From: Octopus bimaculoides
Lineage: Eukaryota
NCBI RefSeq assembly: GCF_001194135.2
Contig: NC_068989.1
Coordinates: 73,129,300 to 73,164,620 of the forward strand
DNA: 35,321 nucleotides
Direction: 5' to 3'
In this document: one piece after another, positions 22,410 through 34,320 of the stretch
How positions within the stretch are numbered: position 1 is the first letter of the stretch
How the letters are laid out: each line of letters opens with the position of its first letter
Translations under genes and position numbers: made by a program
The notes under the pieces: generated by a model
Seen by the model: only the letters and a program-made list of their open reading frames with translations
What the model was told of the DNA's origin: nothing
Database searches by the model: none

Positions 22410-22620
22410 TGTGTTTTTGTCCCCCCACCATCGCTTGACAACCGATGTTGGTGTGTTCACATCCCCGTAACTTAGCAGTTTGGCAAAAGAGACTGATAGA
22501 ATAAGTACTGGGCTTACAAATAATAAGTCCTGGGGTCAATTTTTTTTCGACTAAAGGCAGTGCCCCAGCATGGCCACAGTCAAAATAACTGAAACAAATA
22601 AAAGAATAAAAGAATAAAAA
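22410..22620 (+). mobile_element. SINE family B 3' half
   Basis: Matches the family B body and tail after (TG)n. Confidence 0.85.
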
Positions 22621-23004
22621 AGAAAACATACATTCAGACATTTATCACTTAATACGCATTATATATCATAAATCATAATACTATATTATATACATTACAT
22701 ATCCATAGTCTAACTGACAACATTAGATATCACATAAGTCATGTATTCATAATATATTTTTTTAGCAGTATATTTATTGCATAATATCTGTTATTGTTTG
22801 CTGTCTTTGTTCTTTTGTTTTCTTTTTTGTATTTCTTCTCATTTTCATTATCACATGATGCCCAATTATAGATCTCTAGTAATTTGATATCAGTATGTTC
22901 TACAATAACAAACAAAACATAATAGAATAGGCAGGTCTTTCTTTCCTTCTACTGTCTGTCTCTTTCTCTCTCTTTCCTTCTTTCTGTCTTAGTATCACAT
23001 CAAG

Positions 23005-23006
23005 AT

Positions 23007-23046
<40 letters not shown>

Positions 23047-23200
23047 TATATATGTATATGTATACATATGTGTGTGTGTGTGTAGGTCTTCTTTCTCCCA
23101 ACACTTCATCTTCCTCTCTCTCTTTCTCTCAGTAACACATCAGGTTATTTTAATATAGGTATGTATTATGTATGTACCCACACATAAGTATGTGTGTGTA

Positions 23201-23250
<50 letters not shown>

Positions 23251-23332
23251 CATGCATACATACATGCATACAAACATATATACATACATACACACACATA
23301 TTTTTATATATACATACATACATATAAATGTA

Positions 23333-23363
<31 letters not shown>

Positions 23364-23429
23364 GCATGCATACATACACACATACAAACATATATACATA
23401 CATACACATACATTTTCATATATACATAA

Positions 23430-23468
<39 letters not shown>

Positions 23469-23470
23469 CT
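23005..23470. repeat. Compound (CA)/(TA)/(CATA) low-complexity tract with an internal ~115-bp duplication
   Basis: The cassette TATAAAAGCATGCATACATAC occurs at ~23241 and ~23356. Confidence 0.85.
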
Positions 23471-23916
23471 GCAAGCTACCTTCACCTGGAGAATAAGCAT
23501 AGGTAATTGTGTGTAATCTGAGACGTTGAATTAGAAGGAGCCACAAATCTAGGTTGCCGTAACTATGCAACTATTACTTATAATCAGTAACATACCAAAG
23601 GGATACTGGAGGTACTGAAACAAGATGTGCTCAACATTATATAATTAGAATAAAAAAAATAAAAAAGAAGTAAAAAATTTTGGGTATTTTTGCTTTGAGG
23701 GGTTCTGTGAATATTTTGCCTTTCGTTTACTTTTTTTGGTGGGTATGTTTTTTCTTTCTGTTTTCTTTTTCAATGAATGTTGTTCGTGTAAACGACATGT
23801 TTGAAAGAAATAGCAGCAGCTAAAACTAAAAATAGCAAACTTTGAATGTATGTATCTGTGTGTGTGTGTGTATACATACATTGATATGTACATATATATA
23901 TGCATACATACATACA

Positions 23917-23953
<37 letters not shown>

Positions 23954-24093
23954 CTTCATTTAGAGAATTAACATTGCTTGTTTTCACTTTTTCGATATCA
24001 GTGAAGAATTTCACTGGAAAAGTATACATAAGGTTGCCAAGAGTTTATCTCTCTCATCGAAGATTGGTGGCTATCGAACGCTGATGAAGGGAA

Positions 24094-24179
<86 letters not shown>

Positions 24180-26405
24180 ATATATATATATATACACACC
24201 TTAAAATGACAGCTTTGGATCCTTTGATATTTCTTGGAATAACATTCAGTGAGCCAGTATAAATATCATAGTGTTTTACCCAAACAAATCAGCTCTGGTA
24301 CTTATTCTGTTAGCTTCTTCTTCCAAACTGCTAAGTTATAGGTACATAAACACACTGACACTGGTTGTCAATATGAATCTTTGGATCATAAGCTAGACCC
24401 TCCAGTTTTTAGCAACCAGTTGCTTTTCCAGGCACCAATTCTAAACGATTTCCAAGTAAGGTAATATTTACTCATGGCCAGATATGGTTTCACGGGATAG
24501 TGGAAATGAATGATATTCAGTCATGTGGTGTCAAGACAAGGAGATATAAACACTCTCACATACACACACGTACACACGCACGCACACACACACACTCATC
24601 TCCCTGCTGGCAATATAAGCAAACAAACATGCTTTCTGCACCAAAAGCCTATATGAGAGTTTCTCTCATGGTTTCCACCTCAATATTGTTTGTTCTAACT
24701 GAACATCCACATTTAAGTGGGAATGAATATTACCTCTCGGTATTAATACTGCCTCTGTCACTAATACATATAACAATTTAAATGCATATATAAAATGTAT
24801 GAAGGAATATGGGTCAATGGTGAGGGTATTTGAGCTCTTGATCATTACACCATTGGTTCAATTCTTTGGTCAAGTAGCACATATTCATATCATCAATAGA
24901 GAGCAAATATTTACAATGATTCCACCACTAAACTTTTTGGCAGAATGAGAAAAGGACATTACACCAACAGACAAGCCAGAAATTAACATCGGCTAGAATG
25001 GAGGGTGGGATGGATGAATGAGAGTAGTGACCCCGTTATCTAGACATCGATGACAACAGGGAGAATGTAATCTTCAAAACATCTAAATCTAGATCTTTAG
25101 GGAGTTATAAATTAATTAGTATCATGACAGATCATTTTAATATCTGAGAAAATGGAACTTAACATCTGGCTATATCAATACCAAAAGGGTAGATCATGCG
25201 GTGGTATACGAGAATGTTTTTACACTTATACATCTTTGTTGCTCAATTATATTTTGCTCACCTATCCTGGAATCTGCACTTTAGAAATATTTGGAAAGTA
25301 TCTTTATATAAAGTACATGTCTGAACAAACAAGTGCAGGTTTGTTCAGTTAGTTGGATCATGCTATCTGCATACACTGCATGAAAATTGAATGGCAAAAA
25401 TTCTATGTAGAGTTTGATACTCACCAAATATTGTTTGAGCGTGCAAATAAGTTCGTCCTAACAAGGTGCTTCAATTTAAGTACCTAATTCAACTAAAACT
25501 AAATTACATTTTATATATATATAAATAATAATATTATTTATATATAATGATATTTATCTCTCATCAGATGGAGTACTTTTTTTGTTGAATTTTCTATCAA
25601 GGATAAGTNNNNNNNNNNNNNNNNNNNNNNNNNNNNNNNNNNNNNNNNNNNNNNNNNNNNNNNNNNNNNNNNNNNNNNNNNNNNNNNNNNNNNNNNNNNN
25701 NNNNNNNNNNNNNNNNNNNNNNNNNNNNNNNNNNNNNNNNNNNNNNNNNNNNNNNNNNNNNNNNNNNNNNNNNNNNNNNNNNNNNNNNNNNNNNNNNNNN
25801 NNNNNNNNNNNNNNNNNNNNNNNNNNNNNNNNNNNNNNNNNNNNNNNNNNNNNNNNNNNNNNNNNNNNNNNNNNNNNNNNNNNNNNNNNNNNNNNNNNNN
25901 NNNNNNNNNNNNNNNNNNNNNNNNNNNNNNNNNNNNNNNNNNNNNNNNNNNNNNNNNNNNNNNNNNNNNNNNNNNNNNNNNNNNNNNNNNNNNNNNNNNN
26001 NNNNNNNNNNNNNNNNNNNNNNNNNNNNNNNNNNNNNNNNNNNNNNNNNNNNNNNNNNNNNNNNNNNNNNNNNNNNNNNNNNNNNNNNNNNNNNNNNNNN
26101 NNNNNNNNNNNNNNNNNNNNNNNNNNNNNNNNNNNNNNNNNNNNNNNNNNNNNNNNNNNNNNNNNNNNNNNNNNNNNNNNNNNNNNNNNNNNNNNNNNNN
26201 NNNNNNNNNNNNNNNNNNNNNNNNNNNNNNNNNNNNNNNNNNNNNNNNNNNNNNNNNNNNNNNNNNNNNNNNNNNNNNNNNNNNNNNNNNNNNNNNNNNN
26301 NNNNNNNNNNNNNNNNNNNNNNNNNNNNNNNNNNNNNNNNNNNNNNNNNNNNNNNNNNNNNNNNNNNNNNNNNNNNNNNNNNNNNNNNNNNNNTATATAT
26401 ATTCA

Positions 26406-26520
26406 TATTGGGTCGTCCCATAAATAATGCAGTTTTTTCAACTGCATAAACTAAATGTGAGAGGAGAACGGGATAAACTAACTGCATCAACTTGCTATAA
26501 AAGCAGGTAGTAATTTTACC
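26406..26520. mobile_element. Possible mariner-like terminal fragment next to a gap
   Basis: TATTGGGTCGTCCCATAAATAATGCAGTTTTTT resembles mariner TIRs as I recall them. No partner TIR is visible. Confidence 0.3.
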
Positions 26521-26552
26521 TTATTTTATTCTTAGTGTGAGTTTTGAACAGT

Positions 26553-26987
26553 GCAGGTGTGGTTGTGTGGTAAGTAGCTTGCTTACCAACCACATGGTCC
26601 TGGGTTCAGTCCCACTGTGTGGCACCTTGGGTAAATGTATTCCACTATAGCTTCATGCCAACCAAACCCTTGTGAGTGGATTTGGTAGATAGAAACTGAA
26701 AGAAACCCGTTGTATGTGTGTGTGTGTGTGTATGTGTATGTGTGTGTGTGCGTGTGTGTGTGCGCGCGTGTGTGTGTGTGTGTGTCTGTCTGTTTGGGTT
26801 TGTCCCCCTAACCATCACTTGACAACCGATGTTGGTGTGTTTATGTCCCCATAACTTAGTGGTTTGGCAAAAGAGACTGATACAAAAGTACTAGGTTTAA
26901 AAACAATAAGTCCTGGAGTTGATTTGTTCGACTAAAGGTGGTGCTCCAGTATGGCTGCAGTCAAATGACTGAAACAAGTAAAAGAAT
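26553..26987 (+). mobile_element. SINE family B, full length
   Basis: Colinear with the 16673 copy; the internal (TG)n is longer. Confidence 0.9.
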
Positions 26988-27007
26988 ATGTACATATATA
27001 TAAATAT

Positions 27008-27050
<43 letters not shown>

Positions 27051-27638
27051 TACTTGTGTGTGTGTGTGTGCATGTATATATATATATATTATATCGTATA
27101 TTATATATATATATTATATCATGGTAAATGGAAGATGGAATATGTGTGCGTATGTGTGTGTGTGTGTGTGTGCACATACAGGTGTATTCATATACAAAAA
27201 CAACCGTTTAACACACAGCACATCTGCTTCTCTGTTTTTCATATCCACCTCCAAGGCAGGATGTATAGATTTCCTGCTCGCTGTTGTCTAGTTTCACTAT
27301 TATTATATGTTGTATGGAACATAAGAAGGTGCTAATCATAGCCAAGTTTACAGTCAAGAGCCAAGTTCATTGCTAGGAATTAATCATTCTTTACACAACT
27401 ATTTCTCTTAGTTGTAATTTATTACATCTTTGCGACCTTCCATACCTGGTAATGCATGCATACCAGGTTAGCAATGAAGCCAATTATGGTAGAGATGGTA
27501 GTGGTGGTATAGGAATGGGTAGGAACAGGGAGGGAGGCAGGTTGTCAAGTAAAAGTCATTGTTGTTGGTTGTTTTAGTTTTAGGTTAGTCCTGATCAAGC
27601 AAATCAGTAGTCAAAAGCATGAAAGATGCAACAGTCTC

Positions 27639-27643
<5 letters not shown>

Positions 27644-27718
<75 letters not shown>
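27644..27718. repeat. (TA)n microsatellite
   Basis: Direct reading. Confidence 0.95.
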
Positions 27719-27724
<6 letters not shown>

Positions 27725-27725
<1 letters not shown>

Positions 27726-27912
27726 AGGTTCAAAAAAGGAAAACGACAAAAAAACAACGTGAGGATGTGATACAGATTGTGTTACTGGACGCTCGGGAAA
27801 GGAAAATAAGAGAATTTGACGTTTCGAGCGGAGCTCTTCGTCAGAAACATAGGAAAGTCCAAAGAAAGGAAAGACAGAGGAAGCAAAAATCGCCAACGAT
27901 ATCCACGAGGTT
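27725..27912 (-). repeat. Short microsatellite-flanked repeat carrying the minimal hammerhead; second copy at 2049-2130
   Basis: CTCTTC(G/A)TCAGAAA(C/T)ATAG(G/A)AAAGTCCAAAGAA is shared by 27834-27900 and 2049-2130; the latter is truncated by a gap. Confidence 0.7.
27814..27850 (-). ncRNA. Minimal Type I hammerhead motif with palindromic stem III; predicted cleavage between 27818 and 27817
   Basis: The minus strand reads GUUU-CUGACGA-A-GAGC-UCC-GCUC-GAAAC-GUC-AAAU. All core residues are present, stem II is 4 bp, stem I is 4 bp, and stem III is AC|GU with no loop. Confidence 0.7.
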
Positions 27913-28675
27913 ACATTGTGAAATGGTGTGTTATAATACTACTTCACAGCCATACCAACAATCCAACAATACTATTCCACATATAAAAAAAAACAGCCAT
28001 GCCAATAATCTAACATACTTCCATCATCAGTTGCCCCACGGATATCATTATGCAGCCACTACCTAGTCATTAGCTGCTCAAGAAATAACAGTCAAATTTC
28101 CTCCAAAACATTCTTTGAATGATTTCTTAAAATATTAATAATGAACTTATTGTATACAGCCCTCAAGTGTATTATAACTTGTTAGAAAATGGTGAAAGAA
28201 GGGACAGAAAGCAGCATACAATCAATGTTTATCCAAGCGAAATGCAACAAGCTTCACATGATACAACTACAGGTGTCATTACAGGTGTCGCAGTCAGAAT
28301 GCAATGAGCCAGAACAGAGACCACAAGGTATCTTGCCTGACCCCCTAATAGTTCCATCAATCCATTACCCTGGATTGGTATTTTGCTATTGATCCTCTCA
28401 CACCACCAAACAAAGGGTGGGTGAAAAGCAAAGGGGATCTACTCCCTTACACGGCTGCATCTGATTCTTCTTTAGGGCAATGTTGAAACGCTGTAAAAAC
28501 TGAAGCATATAAAATCACAGCACTAGATAGCTTACAATGAACCTGATAATCACTCTCCTTAACAAAAATGACAAAAGTATACCAATCAGCAATGTAGCAA
28601 TACCAAATAGCTATAACATTTGGTAAAACCAATCTGGAAACTGAAGGAATTACACCAAATTAGCTGCTTAATTAA

Positions 28676-29264
28676 CGTTTTAACATTTTAGCTGGCCACA
28701 TCTGGCTCAAATATTCTTCCTGCTTAATGCTCAAACTGTGGAAGCGCAATGGCCCAGTGGTTAGGGCAGCGGACTCGCGGTTTTGATTCCCAGACCGGGC
28801 GTTGTGAGTGTTTATTGAGCGAAAACACCTAAAGCTCCACGAGGCTCCGGTAGGGGATGGTGGCGAACCCTGCTGTACTCTTTCACCACAACTTTCTCTC
28901 ACTCTTACTTCCTGTTTCTGTTGTGCCTGTAATTCAAAGGGTCAGCCTTGTCACACTGTGTCATGCTGAATATCCCCAAGAACTACGTTAAGGGTACACG
29001 TGTCTGTGGAGTGCTCAGCCACTTGCACATTAATTTCACGAGCAGGCTGTTCCGTTGATCTGATCAGCTGGAACCCTCGACATCGTAAGCGAAGGAGTGC
29101 CAACAACATGCTCCAACCAGCTAGACCTGACCCCTCACAACTACCCCAGAATATCATTTTAAAAATAAGCTAGCGCATCATCAAAATCTCAAAGCTATGA
29201 GATAATGCTTAATTAATTCAAAGTAAAGCATTACATTTGACAGAATAATCTGAATGCTAAAGGG
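28676..29264. mobile_element. Degenerate piggyBac-like MITE interrupted by a SINE
   Basis: Left end is TTAA followed by CGTTTTAACATT; right end is AATGCTAAAGGG (rc CCCTTTAGCATT, 9/12 match). The right TTAA is degenerate. A SINE is inserted at 28738-29107. Confidence 0.4.
28738..29107 (+). mobile_element. tRNA-derived SINE family A, second copy with ~10-bp TSD
   Basis: A-box TGGCCCAGTGGTTAGG and B-box GGTTTTGATTCCC. TSD ATGCTCAAAC (28727-36) and ATGCTCCAAC (29108-17). It has a short deletion in the tRNA head relative to the 6556 copy. Confidence 0.9.
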
Positions 29265-29953
29265 TTTCATTAAGATAATTAAGGTATATGATCTTTATCT
29301 CATTAATAATTGGTGCAAATTAAATTGTATTTAATCCTTTCTGTAAAGTTATTAATGGATTATCCATAAAGATGGTTTATCAGTTAACAAATAATGATAA
29401 AGAAGTGAAATAGAACCAGTGCATGTATTTATTACACTATGTAAGATGATTTTTGTCCTTGAGTAGCAACTTTTAATTCCAATTTGCTAAACTCTAGAAA
29501 GTATGAAAACTGGCTAATAAACTTTGCTTTTCTTACATTTATTCAAACCCCAAAGAATCCTTCTCAACACATCACTATGATGTACCCCAGCTACTCCTGG
29601 TCATGATCAGAGATGCACATATTGTCAGACACTAAGGGACATGCTTGTGTGGTTAAGGTCAAGCAAATGACAAACAAATCTGTGTTAGTGAGCAGAATAT
29701 TTGCCAAAACGATATTTCTGCTTCAGCAACTCAGCCCTGAATCTGCCTGAAATGAAATGGAAAATAGAGTCAGTTTGAAAACATTGATGTCCAGGTCACT
29801 AAAGCAAAGTTTCAAGGGATTAATAGTGATACACAGTGTTATTGGTATAATGACCTTCCCAAGACAACAACAATATAACATCAACATATGTCTCATGAAC
29901 TTAATATTTCCTCTTCTGTATATGTTAATGTTCTTCTCTTTATGTCTTTCCAG

Positions 29954-30103
29954 CCTGGAGATCGGCTTGTGCTGCTATGTGCATCTTGTCATTATTGATA
30001 TGTCTTCTTGCAACATTTGCTGCTATTATTGGTCTGAATACGAAAAATTGCAAGTTGAAATATCTCATGTACAGTGTTGCAAGGGGCATCATGCTTCTAG
30101 CAA
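29954..30103 (+). CDS. TMEM47: TMEM47/VAB-9-like coding exon: TM2 to the start of TM3
   Basis: Acceptor tgtctttccAG and donor GTAAGT (30104). The exon is 150 nt, phase 1/1. Translation (P)WRSACAAMCILSLLICLLATFAAIIGLNTKNCKLKYLMYSVARGIMLLA(I) is in frame with both neighbours. Confidence 0.9.
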
Positions 30104-30213
30104 GTAAGTTGACTACATTGATATTTACTGTTATTATTTTTGTGGTGCTATAATACATACACACATTGGTGTATATACATTGAAAATTACATAAATACAT
30201 AGAGTTGTTTATA

Positions 30214-30570
30214 TATAAGGACCGTGTCAAGTCCTCATTAAAGGCCGTTGATATGCAGGACACTGACTGGGAGAACAATGCCTGTCATCGCCACAGATGG
30301 AGGAAGCAAGTTAAGGAGGGGATCGACACTTTTGAGAGAGCACGTATCTAGCATGAAGAATTTAAGTGAGCTGCGTGAAAGCGCACGGCTCGTATAGTGA
30401 ATGGGGGAAGCTTAATCTGCAATGTTTGCAGTCGTGTATGCTTGTCAAGAGCAGGGCTCATTAGCCACCAATGGAGCCACAAATGCAAAATATAAGTTAG
30501 TCCTAGAGCGCACAATGTTCCTGAAGGTCGGCAATGGTCTTCCTCAGTCACAAATGGATGGCTATCATAT
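30214..30570 (+). mobile_element. RTE (BovB-like) LINE 3' fragment with C-terminal CCHH zinc finger, in the last intron of the TMEM47-like gene
   Basis: Translates as YKDRVKSSLKAVDMQDTDWENNACHRHRWRKQVKEGIDTFE..LICNVCSRVCLSRAGLISHQWSH* with in-frame stops. It is distinct from the 19505 RTE. Confidence 0.85.
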
Positions 30571-30768
30571 ATATNNNNNNNNNNTATAGAAAACAAAGTT
30601 ATTTTATTCCCCATGGGTAGAAATACAGGAAAAATAGTTGAAAATGCACTGAGAATAGTTAAAATATTTTTTATTAATATATTTAAAGCTTAACTAGTTT
30701 CACAGTTTACAATGATTTTCAAAAAGTTCAAATAGAAAAATGTGGTTTATGTCACAGCTGTCTGTAGT

Positions 30769-30804
<36 letters not shown>

Positions 30805-31300
30805 GTGTTTGTGTGTGTATTTATATATGTATGTATGTATATTTATTTATTTAAATCTGTACACACACATATAGAAAAGGGGCAAAGAAAGATCATAGAA
30901 GAGCTCAAAATGTCAAAGTATATGTCAACTGTGTATGTGAATTTGATGTCAACAGAACAGACATGTTACATATCCAATGAGATTGACAAAACCACTGCCA
31001 TCAGTATATGACAACCTGTCAAGCTTTGTGCAAAACACAGACAGTCTAATTAAAGGCTGTTCAACAATAGCTGGAATACTTCAGTGAAATAACTTTGCTC
31101 CTTTTCTTTTAGTGATGTAGTAGACAGAACATTAGATAAAATCTTAACTGCTTATCTAATTCAAAAGCCTCATCATCAAGCAGATGCAATCAACACATTA
31201 GTATATCCTGCATCTTTCCTGTTCTTTCATCATTCATTTTCTTAGATATTTCAACAGAATTCCACAAGTGATTCCTATTTTTATTTCCTTTCTGTTTCAG

Positions 31301-31536
31301 TTATCTGTGGATGTATCGGACTCATTACTTTTCCTATAAAATTCCGTAGTGAGCTTCCCGAAGATGACGATGTCCCATGGGAATTTGGTTGGGCATATGG
31401 TGTTGGCTGGGGTGCTGTTATATTCATGACTGGTGCCTGCATTCTGCTGCTTCTGGACAAAGAAAGTGAAGAGATAACTTATCACGAAAAGACAGTGTAT
31501 AATGAAAACGACTATGAAACTGAAGCAACCACTTGA
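31301..31536 (+). CDS. TMEM47: TMEM47/VAB-9-like last coding exon: TM3 end, ECL2, TM4 and cytoplasmic tail
   Basis: Acceptor ttcctttctgtttcAG. Translation (I)ICGCIGLITFPIKFRSELPEDDDVPWEFGWAYGVGWGAVIFMTGACILLLLDKESEEITYHEKTVYNENDYETEATT*. The FPIKF, FGWAYGVGWG and LLLDKE.EEI.Y.EK motifs match invertebrate TMEM47-like proteins as I recall them. The stop TGA is at 31534-36. Confidence 0.9.
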
Positions 31537-31556
31537 ACATGAAATAAGAAAACCAA

Positions 31557-31569
31557 AATAAAGAATAAA
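31557..31569 (+). terminator. Two AATAAA poly(A) signals just downstream of the TMEM47-like stop
   Basis: AATAAA at 31557-62 and 31564-69. The region is AT-rich, so chance occurrence is possible. Confidence 0.35.
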
Positions 31570-32094
31570 TGTCAATGCTGTTCTCCTATTTCTACCCTAA
31601 ACCCTAACCACAAGCCCTGAAAGATGCTGAGGCCTCAAATTATCCTGAAGAGTTCCAAAATCAAGGGGGCGTAATATAAACAAGTATTTTGGTTGCTGTC
31701 GTTTTTTTTTTTTTTTATTTAAAAGCAAAAAATTCATCTATTTTTTCCTCTCTATTTTATTTTTAATTTATTTTTAAATTATTGAGAAAATACAAAAACT
31801 AAGCGCAAAAAAGATGAAAAACAGAACATTACAAAGTTAAAACTTTGTCGGACAATAGAATTGAGGGTGATTGGTATTCTCACTTGCTATTCTTTAGAGT
31901 AATTCTTTTGCAAGTGACTAAGGACAAAGAGACAGTTGTATCTTAACCCATTCACTTCTTCACAGACTTAACAGGATTGTTGAATCCCTCACATCACCAT
32001 AGAAAAAATTGGTGAATTATGAATTCATCACCAACGGGATTTTCAGATACACTTTATGATCAATCAGCAAAACAAATAGAGTGACAGCTACACA

Positions 32095-32171
32095 TATTTA
32101 CATGTATGCGTATATATTTATATATGTGTGTGAGTATAATATACATATATGTATGTATGCATGTATGTGTG

Positions 32172-32250
<79 letters not shown>

Positions 32251-32251
32251 A

Positions 32252-32304
<53 letters not shown>

Positions 32305-32358
32305 TTATATATATATACTTACATATACACACACACATATATATATATATATACATAC
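32095..32358. repeat. Compound (TA)/(TG)/(CA) microsatellite
   Basis: Direct reading. Confidence 0.95.
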
Positions 32359-32569
32359 ACCAGTGTAATACTGAGGAAAGAATTAGGTTTTGTAAAGACG
32401 AATAAACTTCTGAAATAAATTTTGAAAAGATAAAAAAAAATCTTTTTAAAAGTGAGAATTTCTTTGTTTTAATTGGTTTCTAATTGATTTAGGATTTTAT
32501 TATTCTTTTTGAAGTGACTGATTATGAAGATAATTACAAAGATTAACATTCATGATATCTGAATTATCA

Positions 32570-32981
32570 CAGGAGTGGCTGTGTAGTAAGTAGCTTGGTT
32601 ACCAACCACAAGGTTCCAGGTTCAGTCCCACTATGTGGCACTTTGAGCAAGTGTCTTGTATTAAAGCCTAAGGCTGACCAACACTTTGTAAGTGGATTTG
32701 GTAGACGGAAACTGTAAGAAGCCCGTGTATGTATGTATGTATGTATGTATGTATGTATGTGTGTGTGAATATGTTTGTGTGTCTGTGTTTGTCCCCCCAA
32801 CATCAGTTGACAACTGATGCTGGTGCGTTTACATCCCCGTAACTTAGCAGTTCAGCAAAAGAGACTGATAGAATAAGTACTAGGCTTCCAAATAATAAGT
32901 CCTGGGGTCGATTTGCTCGACTAAAGGTAGTGCTTCGGTGCATGGCCGCAATCAAATGACTGAAACAAGTAAAAAAAAAAA
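32570..32981 (+). mobile_element. SINE family B, full length
   Basis: Colinear with the 16673 copy; internal (GTAT)n. Confidence 0.9.
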
Positions 32982-33129
32982 GAATATATAAAAAGCACCT
33001 GGTACATTCTGTAAAGTGGTTAGTGTGGGGAAAGGTATCCAACTGTAGAACCCATACCATAAAAAAGACAATGAGACCTGGTGTGGTCCCTGGCCTTACC
33101 AGATCCTGTCAAACTATCCGGCCCATGCT

Positions 33130-33461
33130 GCGGCCATGCTGGAGCACTGCCTTTAGTCAAGCAAAATGATCCCAGGACTTATTCTTGGTAAGCCTAGTAC
33201 TTATGCTATCAGTCGCTTTGGCTGAACCGCTAAGTTACAGGGATGTAAACACACCAACATCGGTTGTCAAGTGATGGTGGGGGTCAAACACAAACACATA
33301 TATACATATGCACAACAGGATTCTTTCAATTTTTTTCTACCAAATCCACTCACAAGGCTTTGGTCAGCCCAAGGCTATAGTAGAAGACACTTGCCCAAGG
33401 TGCCAGACAGTGAGACTGAACCCAGAACCATGTGTTTGGTTAGCAAGCTTCTTACCACACA

Positions 33462-33463
<2 letters not shown>
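33130..33463 (-). mobile_element. SINE family B, near full length, inverted
   Basis: Reverse complement of the family B head, body and tail with a short internal microsatellite. Confidence 0.9.
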
Positions 33464-34045
<582 letters not shown>

Positions 34046-34109
34046 AGACAGACACACAAACATAGATAGATAGATGGATAGACAGATGTACATGTCTGTA
34101 TATCTTTGT

Positions 34110-34320
34110 GTCTGTATTTGTCCCCCACCATCACTTGAGAACCAGTTTTGGTATGTTTACATCCTTGTAACCTAACGGTTTGGCAAAAGAGACCAATAGA
34201 ATAAGTACAATGCTTAAAAAAAAAAAAAAGTAAAAAGCACTGGGGCCAATTCATTGAAATAAAAATTGTTCAAGGTGGTGCCCCAGCATGGCTAAGTCTA
34301 ATGACTGAAACAAGTAAAAG
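34110..34320 (+). mobile_element. SINE family B 3' half
   Basis: Matches the family B body and tail. Further fragments lie at ~21480-21620, ~21850-21930 and ~24280-24370 (-). Confidence 0.8.

Noticed and set aside
25425-25470. Possible mariner TIR partner for 26406
   Set aside because: Similarity is too weak and the orientation is inconsistent.
25540-25570. CUGAUGA on the minus strand
   Set aside because: No stem II closed by a GAAA box follows, so it is not a hammerhead.
29757-30107. 116-aa + strand ORF
   Set aside because: It overlaps the real exon in a different frame and extends through intronic polypyrimidine sequence.
31297-31575. 92-aa minus-strand ORF
   Set aside because: Antisense shadow of the last TMEM47-like exon.
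31590-31612. CCCTAAACCCTAACC telomere-like motif
   Set aside because: Only two imperfect units; too short to call.
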